Shown here: positions 52,906 to 64,000 of the stretch, one piece after another
Layout of the letters: every line of letters starts with the position of its first letter
Position numbering within the stretch: position 1 is the stretch's first letter
DNA from: Octopus vulgaris
Taxonomy: Eukaryota
NCBI GenBank assembly: GCA_951406725.2
Contig: OX597823.1
Coordinates: forward strand, 110,980,001 to 111,044,000
Reading direction: 5' to 3'
Length of the DNA stretch: 64,000 bases
Translations under genes and position numbers: made by a program
The notes under the pieces: model-generated
Told to the model about the DNA's origin: nothing
The model's input: only the letters and a program-made list of their open reading frames with translations
Database searches by the model: none

Positions 52906-54798
52906 ATAGATATGTAGATAATAACAATCTAGAATTATCAGACACATATTCTGGACATCTATGTAAATTAAAAAAAATAAAAAATTGCACACTTCTTAAA
53001 TAGACCATAAAACATCCATGGTGAAATAAACTAACACTGCATCTAATCATCCATTTGACTTATTTATTTTGTAATTGCTTTATACCAATAACAACGTTGG
53101 CTACAGGCTTCCAATCGGTCACTCACTAGTTCCTTGCATTCTTTATGGTGAAAGTGACACAAGAATAACTGGAGGCTCTGCATTGAACTGCTGAGAAGAC
53201 ATGAAGGGGTAATACTTGACATGAATTGAAGAGAAGATAAAAGGGGATAACATAAGATGAAATACAAGAAATAAACCACCAAAAGCACAGAGATATTTCA
53301 AGGGACTTTGCTTATAAGGCACCTTTTTGTGTCTTCATGCTTATGTTAGTATCTTTAAAGGATGCACACAAATTTACACATATATGCATTCATACACTAA
53401 CATTATCTTATACGCATCAGTATATCGATGAAGGCTAAGTCACATGCCATCATTTTTGATTTACTGGCTGCAAAAACTTTTTGTCACTACAGGAATATAA
53501 AAGGAGAGAGTAGCAGCTGTGCTGAAAGAAATATATGAGAGAGAAAGAAAGTGTTATGAAGAGAGGTAGTTTAGATAGCTTAAAGAAAAAGATGGTTGGT
53601 CGACAAAATGTGAGAGAGCGAGGGAGAGAGAGAGTGAGAGAAAATGAGAGAGAGAGTCATTGATGAATTAGATATGCATATAGTGAAATAGAGGGAGGGA
53701 GCAAAAGGTGAAAGAGGAAAAATTAGTGATAGGAAAGGTGGAAAGAAGAAAAATCTACAAGAAAGCTGTAACATGATAAGAGAAAAACAATAGCAATCTA
53801 GAAAATGAACAATAGAGAGCGAAAAAAGAAAGAGACAAATTTGTGTATGATATATCTGAATGTGTGGTGGTGGTGTGGGGAACTTAGGAAATGATGGGAA
53901 GTAGTTGAGGCAGATTTTGATTCAGGAGAACAAAGGAAATTATATACTGATAAAAGAGAAAAGGAAAATAATGAAGTGGGTTAATAAGAAAAAAGTATCA
54001 GAGTAAGAGAAAGAGAGAGAATAAGATTCAAGAAGTGAACAACCAACTTTTGATAGGCCTCTACAGGTAACTGAAAGCCAAACAGATGGAAAAAATTCTG
54101 AGTCGTAGAGAATCGCTTAACATTGAACTGCTGCGAGAACTTGAAGAGGGCAGTGCTTGACATGAATTGACGAGAAGACAAAAAAACTGATGACATGAGG
54201 AGGAATGCAAGAAAAATAACTGGAAACAGGAACAAGGCTTTGCATAAAAGGAATAGCTTGGAGAAGACAAAATGAAACGCGAAAAGACTGAGGAAGATAA
54301 GAATTACTGAAAAGAGAGAGAAATAAAGCCCATCCGACTCCCTGGATACTCACCTGTATCTACATGTGTGTGTGTGTGTGAGTGTGTGTGTGTGAGTGTG
54401 TGTGTGTGTGTGAGTGTGTGTGTGTGTGTGTGCTCAGGACTGAAATTTAGGATTTCTTGGGTTTTTTATGTAAGCCTAGTACATATTATATCAGTCTCTT
54501 TTGCCAAACTGTGAAGTGACGGGACATAAACACACCGACATCAGTGCTCAAGCAATGGTGGTGGTAGTGGTAGGGGCACACAAACATATGCATATATACA
54601 CACGATGGGCTTCTTTCAGTTTCCATCTACCAAATCCACTCATAAAGTGTTGGTCAGCCCGAGACAATAGTAGAAGACACTTGCCCAAGGTGCCATGCAG
54701 TGGGACTGATCCCAGAACCATGTGGTTGGAAAGCAAGCTTCTTACCACACAGACACTGCCACACCTAAATGTATATCACATATATATATATGTGTGTT

Positions 54799-54829
<31 letters not shown>

Positions 54830-54830
54830 G

Positions 54831-54878
<48 letters not shown>

Positions 54879-54925
54879 CAGTGGTTCAGCATGGATGCAG
54901 TCAAATGACTCAAACAAGTAAAAGA

Positions 54926-54963
<38 letters not shown>

Positions 54964-55668
54964 TGGTGGTGGTGGTGGTGTGTGTGTGTGTGTGTGTGTA
55001 TGTAGGTTTCCACACAGTTTCTTATCCTCAAATTCCACCCCTAAAAATTGGTAAAAGTAAGGCTATGTCAGAAGATCATTGCTCAAAGTTCTCCACGCAG
55101 GTACCCGATCTAGAACTGTGTGGACGAGAAACGAACTTCTTAAACAGACATCTTTACAGGTTATCATAGATGTATATGCCTTTGTATATAACCACCACAA
55201 ATCTGCTTCCAACAAATTTTCACAATGTTCACTTCTTATCTCTAAACAAAAATAAAATTTGTTGACCGGCAGTTAGTGTGGTGAACACGGATATTCTTGT
55301 TGTTATTGTGGATGCTTAAGCACCAAGTAAACCTTGACTCGGCAGCATTGTGAGGAAAACTATTCTAGCCTTATCCAGCCTCTTTTGCATTGGTAGTGAT
55401 GATGATGATGATTATGATGATGATGAAGAACAGTAGTAGTAGGAGGAGGGAAATAGGATGGAGAGGAGGAAGAAGGGGAGGATAAAGATGAAGATGATGA
55501 TAGGCAGTCTGTTAGATGTATTTATATATTTACAATAAAGTATTTCTTGTTTTATATTTCAGTAATTACAGTGCATTATATGGGCATTTTCATTTTCTGT
55601 GTATATACACAGACACAGACACACGGACACACACACAAACAAACATCCCTCCATCCATCCATACATAC

Positions 55669-55723
<55 letters not shown>

Positions 55724-55733
55724 CATACATATG

Positions 55734-55774
<41 letters not shown>

Positions 55775-55839
55775 ATGTATATGTATATATATATGTATAT
55801 ATATATTTATATATAGAGATTTATATATATATATGTATG

Positions 55840-55882
<43 letters not shown>

Positions 55883-55966
55883 GACTACACAGAGATATAC
55901 AAAGAAGAATTATGAGCAGTTATGCACACAACCACATAGACATTACACATATATGTGTATATTGTG

Positions 55967-56021
<55 letters not shown>

Positions 56022-56371
56022 ATGTATGTACGTACGCATGTGTGTGTGTATGTATGTATGTACGTACGCATGTATGTATGTATGTATGTATGAATGTATA
56101 TATGTATGTATGTATATAATGTGATTTTTTTATCTGTGAAATAACAAATTTACAATACAAAACAAAAAGCAACAAGAAAGAAATAAAGTTTGATGTATGA
56201 CTAAAAAATAAGAATTATCAAATAAATGTAGAAATCAATAAGAGAATAGAATGAAAAATAAGTGAAAATCGAAGATTCTACACCACATCACCAGGATAGA
56301 CTGAAATAAAATGTGACATATTTTCATTGATGATGCTGATCAAGATGACATATCTATATAACTACACACAT

Positions 56372-56410
<39 letters not shown>

Positions 56411-56581
56411 TATATATATGTAAATGTGCCATGTTTATATGTGTGGGTGTCTATAAATAAGTATATATATACATATATATATATGTACATATATATACAT
56501 ATATACACACACATAGATAGATGTGTGTTTTTATGTATATAAATATAGATATGTTTTACATATATATATATGTGTGTGTGA

Positions 56582-56661
<80 letters not shown>

Positions 56662-57683
56662 GTATATATATATATATGTATATATATATATGTATATATA
56701 TATCATCATCATATATATATACATATATATGTATATGTGTATATATATATTTATATATATATATACATATATATGTATATGTGTATATATGTATATGTGT
56801 ATATATATATATATGTAGATAGATAGATAGAATCATATGTATATACATACACAGATATGCATGTATATCTACGTATGACTATATGTGTGTGTGTATGTAT
56901 GTATATATATATGTGTATGTATAATAAAGTGTGGTATGTTTATATTTAACTCACTTATATACACTCAAACACTGAAAGACATTGGCCATAGTTGTTTTGG
57001 AGACTATATGCTCCTCATGGTTTATGTATGTAGAAACATATCAAGTTGGGCTCAGACTGAAGCCATTTGCTCTGTCAGGCAAGCATCTCTGCTGGTTATG
57101 TTTCATCATGGCAGACATTGATTCAATCCTTTTAGCACAGTGGAAATTGCATTTCCTGTATGTAAGCAGCAAAACGTACATTTGTTGGAATGTGATAAAG
57201 GTTTATGAATTAATTACAAGCACCGTTAGAAGTAACGATAACAATTAAACTGTCTGTATTTATATTTAAAATGCCTGAGTTCACTCAAATTGAAGAGACA
57301 TACATTGCAGCGATACTGTCGGAGAAATATCTTATTATTTGGAGAAATATCCGATATTTGCATCAAAACCCATCCAGCAAGTCTCTGAACAACGTCTTTC
57401 TACTACCAAACACACGTTTTGTCATAGTGACACTTCGTCAGAGATAGGGGCCACTCCGGTTAGTCATAGACCAGAATAAACTGATATTCTTGTCAGTAAA
57501 AAGTAAAAAATACATTAGCTGAGATGTATAATGCGTTTTCAAGCTGAAATGAACTAAGTTTATGTGCACACATAGACATACATGCATATTTAAGACCTTC
57601 CAGAATAGAGAAAAAATGGATCTAAGCAGTTGGTGTTGATTATAGGGATAATGGTGGCAGTCAGGACAATAATGTTAAAATAA

Positions 57684-57754
<71 letters not shown>

Positions 57755-58228
57755 TGTTCAAATTTATTAAAAAAAAACAAAGACAAAGACAGGTGTAGGA
57801 ACAACAAGCAAGCTTTCAATGACAAAACAGGAAAGCTTCATAAGACAGCAGTATCCAGAAATTTTTAAAATATAAAGTTTGCAGAGATTTAGGGCTTCAA
57901 ATGAAGAAACGACAACAGAGTGGACGTATATAGTATATATATATATATATATATACATACATATATACAGCAGGCTTCTACACAATTCCTGTCTAGCAAA
58001 TTCACTCAGAAAACATGCACACACCCTGAGCTATAGTAGAAATCACTTGCCCAAGGTGCCATGCAGTGGAACTGAACCCCAAACAACTTGGTTACAGAGC
58101 AAGTTTCTTAACCACACTGACATATAAAAATTTATATATGCACATCTGTTTTGAAGTAGATTTTGCTTATTAGAAATGTAAAAATCAATGTCTTTCTGCT
58201 TCACCCTGTATGGGTGCGTGTGTGTGTG

Positions 58229-58284
<56 letters not shown>

Positions 58285-59886
58285 TGCATGTGTGTATATG
58301 TGTAAATTTGAATACATATATACATGCATATAAATATATACATATATATATTACATATGAGTGTGTGTGTGTATGTGTATGGGTGTGTGTGTGTGTGTGT
58401 GAACATCTGATATCTCGTCTTCTTTCTATGCTCTGTATTTTTCTCATTTTATTAACTGAAACTGAGAACAATTGACACATCTGACACTTGCTTATAAAAC
58501 AGATATCCAATAGGATAATCCATGGTTCAGTGCAACTTAGATACACATGAAGAAGCACAGCAGTTGATAACCTCTGTCAGCTCTACATAACACATATATG
58601 AGAAGTATATGCCATATATGGACACAGCTGAAAGCATATGATAAGCAAAGAGCTGGTCCCTTCTCTTATGAATCACTAGCTTCAGTGTTGTCATGGTGGT
58701 CAGCATTACATGTATATATATCCACTTTTCCACTGCTTTTCTTTGTGTATGTGTATGTGTATGTAAACATATATATATGTGAATATCATCGTCATCATCA
58801 TCATCATAATCATCCTCATCATAATCATCATCATCATCATCGTAATCGTCGTCGTCATGATCTTTTAAATCCATTGCCCATGCTAGCATGGGTTGGACAG
58901 TTTGACTGGAGCTGGCAAGCTGGGGGACTGCACCAGGCTCTAATCTAATCTGGCTTGGTTTCTACAGCTGGATAGCTTTCCTAATGCCAACCACTTTACA
59001 GTGTGTACTGGGTGCTTTTAGTGTGGCACTGCACAAACACCTCTACATGGCACTGGTACAAAACTCTTACAGACCAAACCCCCTTCACTGGGGAGAGCAA
59101 CCTTAACACTTCTGCTGTGTTATATATATATATATGTATATATATATATACATGAATTAGAGTATTATCTAGTCAGAAAATCAATTGTTTTTAAGGAATG
59201 GTGTTCAAAATTTTAATAAAAATTTGATTTAAACTTTATTTGGTCCAATTAAAAGAATTATAAAAGCAACAGAAATGTATATCCATGTAAAAAAATTTGT
59301 GCTTTATTTCATTAAAATGAGAGAAATCTTGAACAAATACAGATTAGAACAGCAATGTATATGGTTGAGGGTGATGCTTATTACAAAAACTATAAAGATA
59401 TGATGTTTTCCTTCATTTGTTCAAAATTTATTTCTGAGAAGCAAAAGAAAAATATAACTGAAATGCGATAGTGTTGATTTATTTTACTGGATAGAAGCTG
59501 AAAATAGAATATTTTTCTTTGGTAACATGAACACTTATCATATGATACAGTCAAATAAAATAGTTGTAAATGCATATAGCATATCTAACTACAAATAACT
59601 ATAAAAACTGAGGCATGTGATATAAAATGAAATTGCCAGGTTACAATTAAGATCCTTATGAGTGAACCCCACCTCCCCTCTAAATATTTTTTTAAGATCA
59701 CTTGAGCAAGATATGAACTATAAGCTAACTAATTGAATAGGTAAGATTTCTAGATTTGGTTAATATTTTATCCTTAGTACTGATAATATGTCAGCCATGG
59801 AGGAATGACTGCATGTCATGTGTATGGATTGTAAAAGGAAGAAAAATATACTTTACAGGTTCTATAGATAACGTTTTTTTAACCTA

Positions 59887-60442
59887 TCTTTTATCTTTTA
59901 CTTGTTTCAGTCATTGTTTTTCCTTTTTGTTTGTCTCTTAAGCCTGGTACTTATGAAATCAGTCACTTCTATTGAGCAGTTAAGTTATGGGGATGTAAAC
60001 ACACCAACACTGGTTTTCAGGCATTGATGGGAGATTCCTTTCAGTTTCCATAGACCAAATCCACTCTCAAGGCTTTGGTTGGCCAGAAGATATAGCTTAT
60101 GGCACTTGCCCAAGGTTCTACATGCTAGAATTTAACCCAGAACCATGTGATTGGAAAATAACTATTTCTTTACTACCCACAAGGGGCTAAACACAGAGAG
60201 GACAAACAAGGACAGACAAACGGATTAAGTCAATTATATCGATCCCAGTGTGTTACTAGTGCTTAAGTTATCGACCCCGAAAGGATGAAAAGCAAAGTCA
60301 GCCTCGGAGGAATTTGAACTCAGAATGTTGTGGCAGATGAAATACTGCTAAGCATTTCGCCTGGCGTGATAACGACTCTGCCAGCTCGCCACCCTAAGTG
60401 ATTGGAAAATAACTTCCTACCACACAACCATGCGAGCACCTA
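59887..60442 (-). mobile_element. Degraded family A SINE with nested family B SINE (60164-60397, minus) and 17-bp TSD
   Basis: GTGATTGGAAAATAACT at 60147-60163 and 60398-60414. Confidence 0.85.
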
Positions 60443-60494
60443 TGAACTACACCAGTGAATTAGTAGATGTTAGTAGACCAATGTCTAATGGATC

Positions 60495-61420
60495 TCCCTG
60501 TATGCATGTGTTGACATGTTCCACATCTGTTATCATTACACTTGGTTACTGTGAATGCTTTATCCTGTTTGCTCATGTTGAATTTTGCCTTTGTTAGTAG
60601 TTTCTTTAGGTTATATGGTTGCCTTTTGCTTAAGATTGGTATTTGATAAGTTATTATTTTTTTTTAATTTTTCACTGTGATTGTAATTGGCAAATTTGTT
60701 TGGATGATGATAAAAATGTTTTGGTGATGTGGATTGTGTGCTACTAGAAATGGTATTATGTTCCTTTGAAGGGTTTGTCTTTTTCGTGTTGCTCTAAGTT
60801 GATCTATAGGTATCTCATTTGCTCTTTGTATGCAATTTTCTATATGTAGGAGAGAGGAATTTTGCTTGAGCAGGAATCCTTTAAGTTCTGTAAGTTGTGT
60901 GTTTCTGGTATCTGGATCATCGACTATAGTACAAATTTTCCTGGCTAGACAGTATGGGATATTGCGTTTTGTGTGTGTGTTGGGCGGCATGATTTGAAAT
61001 TTAGGTACTGGTGCGTATCTGTGTTTTTGAAATAAATACCAGTTGTGATCGTGGTGTTGTTTTTAATTACCATTATGTCAAGGAATGGTAATTGTGTGTT
61101 ACTCATTTCTCTTGTGAATTTGTGACTAGGGTGTAGATTGTTGAGGAGGGTGCTGAATTTTTCCAGATTTTCTTGGGGTTTGGTCCAAATTAGAAAACAA
61201 TTGTTGAGGCATCTTTTCCGTGTGTCCTCTATATATCTTTTAAGGGTCATGCCATAGTTCACTTCAATTTTTTTATATAGGTTTTGTTCCATGTATTCCA
61301 ATAATGAATTCGTGAAAACTGGAGCAAATTGCATCCCCATAGCTGTGCCTCGAATATGGAGGTAATTTTTTCCTTTGAAAAGGAATGAATTGTTTTCAAG
61401 GATGAGGGCTGACTGCATCT
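60495..61420 (-). pseudogene. Penelope-like element (Neptune-like) RT, thumb and Cys-linker pseudogene
   Basis: GTAMG.QFAP, LPFLDIMV, IYFKNTDTHQYLNFKSC, HTKRNIPYCLA, KRQPYNLKKLL, CNDNRCGTC; frameshifted, YxDD motif degraded. Confidence 0.85.
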
Positions 61421-61769
61421 AGTATGAAGGTTACAGTGATGTTTGAGATGCCTGTGGATTGGTTAAAACCAAAACCATATTCTAAAACTTCAGCATGTTG
61501 GAGCATTCTAAGAGGAAGTAAAAATTGTCAAAAACTCAACTGTTAGTTAAACACATTTGAAATCTGATAATTACACTATGTATGAAAGCACTAATTTAAC
61601 TTTATTAGCAATGCAAAATATTCTTTTAATATTAAAATACCGTAATACGAAAACGTGAAAACTAAACCATGTTTTAACTTTATTCAACTAATATATTTTT
61701 CTAGACACATTCACACAAATTTCAAAAAATATGTGTGTGTGTGTGTGTGCCTCAATGAATATATTTATT

Positions 61770-61834
<65 letters not shown>

Positions 61835-62102
61835 GTAGATAGATAAGTAGGTAGTTAGATAGATATTAAATGTAAGATCCAAGGATCAAGGTGTAGGTAG
61901 TTAGTGAACTTCAAACAATCTGTAGAAGATATAAAAACAACTTTCAGGAAGAATAGTAGTTTGTTGGCAAAGGAGATTGTGAATTTTTCCCATATCAAAA
62001 TACAATAAGCTGAAAAAAGGTAATTTTATAGTTCATGGTTAGCAACAGAGGTTGACCTATATGGAAATAAATATTAAAAAATTACGGAATGGAATAGATA
62101 AG

Positions 62103-62363
62103 ATCCAGGCTACATATGTTTCATAGCTAGTGAAACCTTGAAAGTAGTAATTTATCTGAATGAGGGGTAGACCATATGCCACACTTCAGGCCAAGGATAC
62201 CTTGATTATATGAAATTTATATTGTCATTGGAAGATCCCATGTTAACACGATGGGGATTCAATCAAGATATCCTTGGCCTGAAGAGTACCTTCTGGTCTG
62301 CTCCTCATGTGGATGATTCACTACTTCTGAAGTTCTCCTTGCTTTGAAACATATAGCCTGGAT
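62103..62363. mobile_element. Diverged foldback element with a hammerhead motif in each arm
   Basis: 62103-62207 is inverted at 62261-62363; arm consensus ggc-CTGAAGA-(~60 nt)-GAAAC-ATAT-GTA-gcc. Confidence 0.65.
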
Positions 62364-62439
62364 TTTTTCTGTTCAATTCCCTAATTTTTCAGTTGATCTA
62401 TTGATCTATTTATCTATCTGTCTGTCTATCTATCTATCT

Positions 62440-62665
62440 AACGGGAAGCTTTATGAAAATAAACAAAAGATGAAGGCAGGTGGAGTATAAACAAACAATT
62501 GTATTAGTATGGCGCTCAGGAATATAAATAAAACAAGACTTTTACGTTTCGAGCCTACGCTCTTCAACAGAAAGATACACAGAAAAGAAACACAGAGAGA
62601 AACACGGAGAGAAAAAAAATGCGTGCAGAAGCTAGCGATTCAACATGGCGAACTGCTATCTACCA

Positions 62666-62668
<3 letters not shown>
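62440..62668 (-). mobile_element. Short PLE-derived element; hammerhead motif at 62539-62574 (A6U variant)
   Basis: Minus strand cttt-CTGTTGA-A-gagc(gtag)gctc-GAAAC-GTA-aaag; lies between (CTAT)n and (TA)n. Confidence 0.7.
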
Positions 62669-62720
<52 letters not shown>

Positions 62721-62759
62721 TATATACATACATATATATACATATATATATATACATAC

Positions 62760-62825
<66 letters not shown>

Positions 62826-62899
62826 TATATATATATGCATATATGCATATGTATACGTACATATTTACATGTATACATATATATATATACATATGCATA

Positions 62900-63327
62900 T
62901 GTGGGCACAGGACATCACAAAACATAAACAACAAATAATACGAAGTACGAGAACATGGAATAAGGACTTTTTTTGCAAACAACAAAAGAAACAAATGGAA
63001 AACAAGACAAGCAACACAAGGAACGACCCTTCATCAGTTGTCGGCTGTTTTTCCAATCCATATTTCGAGCAATTCACGATAAGATACGCCTTTGATAAAA
63101 CAATTGTTCCTGCAAAGCAAATTAAATCAAATTTGCAATCTTGTGGAAGGTCAAGATTGGTGGCAAAAACAGGACAGGCAAAACAAACAGGAAGGGCGGC
63201 TAAGCCTAAACGAGGTTGTGGTGGTGAACGCAAAGAAACAAGTCTGGACAGGAGACAGAGAACAAAACGCCTTCCCTGACCAGCTGAAACAGGAAGAAAG
63301 AAAGAAACACAAGTTAGGAGAATGGCC
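62900..63327 (-). mobile_element. TA-flanked putative PLE-terminus-like element
   Basis: CpG-retaining block between TA tracts; contains CTGATGA and GAAA boxes in permuted order at 63026-63070. Confidence 0.4.
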
Positions 63328-63608
63328 TATATATGATGGACTCTCCTTTCAAAGACAGTCTATGAGTATTCAGTTTTTGCTGAATAACCTTGACAAATGA
63401 TTTGCTTATAGTGATTAAATGTTTGTGCCGCATATTAACTCACACTCTCCATCAAATTCACATTGTCTGACCAGGTGCACAGTGTGCCACACATCAGGTG
63501 TCGAAGTGATTGCAGAGCAAAGGGAGATGAACACAATGCAACACCTGGTCTTGGGATTGAAACCATGATTGTTAGATTGTGATTTCAATATATATGTATG
63601 TATATGCA

Positions 63609-63674
<66 letters not shown>

Positions 63675-63677
<3 letters not shown>

Positions 63678-63860
63678 TGATAGATCGTTAGCCACTACAC
63701 ACATTTTTTTCTCTCCTTGTTTTTTCTGTGTCACTTTCTGTAGAAGAGCCTAGGCTCGAAACGTAAAAGACTTTTACTATTCCTGAGCATTATACTAATA
63801 CATCAGCTTGCTTTGTACACCACCTGTCTTTGTCTTTTGTTTTTTTCATAAACTCTCCCT
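63675..63860 (+). mobile_element. Short PLE-derived element in (TA)n; hammerhead motif at 63734-63769 (A6U variant)
   Basis: cttt-CTGTAGA-A-gagc(ctag)gctc-GAAAC-GTA-aaag; homologous to 6501-6693. Confidence 0.72.
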
Positions 63861-64000
63861 ATATATATATATATGTATGTATGGATATATACACAAACAC
63901 ACAAATACAAAGAGAGAGAGAGAGAGAGTGGTGGGAGACATTGCATAAATACACATGAAAACAGTGGATAATTCAACATGAAATTAGGGAAACATATTTA

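Noticed and set aside
53160-54240. Two similar ~110-bp segments (CATTGAACTGCTG...CTTGACATGAATTGA) at ~53180 and ~54120
   Set aside because: Probably decayed fragments of one repeat family; no reading frame or structure is supported.
56970-57200. TGAAAGACA (miR-71-like) and TGGAATGT (miR-1-like) starts
   Set aside because: Only 8-10 nt match and no precursor hairpin is evident.
62509-63279. 256-aa ORF
   Set aside because: A chance read-through of two non-coding elements joined by a (TA)n tract.

Overview
AT-rich eukaryotic DNA dominated by microsatellites and repeats, with no convincing host protein-coding gene. It looks like a large intron or gene desert. The SINE families resemble those of coleoid cephalopods, most likely Octopus (inference). 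Almost all listed ORFs are artefacts of (TA)n, (TG)n, (TATG)n, trinucleotide tracts or a 2.7-kb pyrimidine-rich satellite. Real coding relics are all from transposons: an intron-containing Tc1 transposase pseudogene with ~160-bp TIRs, three mariner relics, RTE-like LINE 3' ends, and three decayed Penelope-like element (PLE) reverse transcriptases. The most striking signal is a set of short (190-540 bp) non-coding elements, most sitting in (TA)n tracts, that carry minimal type-I hammerhead ribozyme (HHR) motifs with palindromic stem III. There are 8 such elements with 10 motifs in about five families, several with non-canonical catalytic cores (G3:C8 swap, A6U, U4C), and some arranged as large foldbacks. 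Also present are an inverted templated insertion, a ~976-bp tandem duplication, and several unique-sequence islands that may be regulatory. All coordinates were read by eye and are approximate for degraded repeats.
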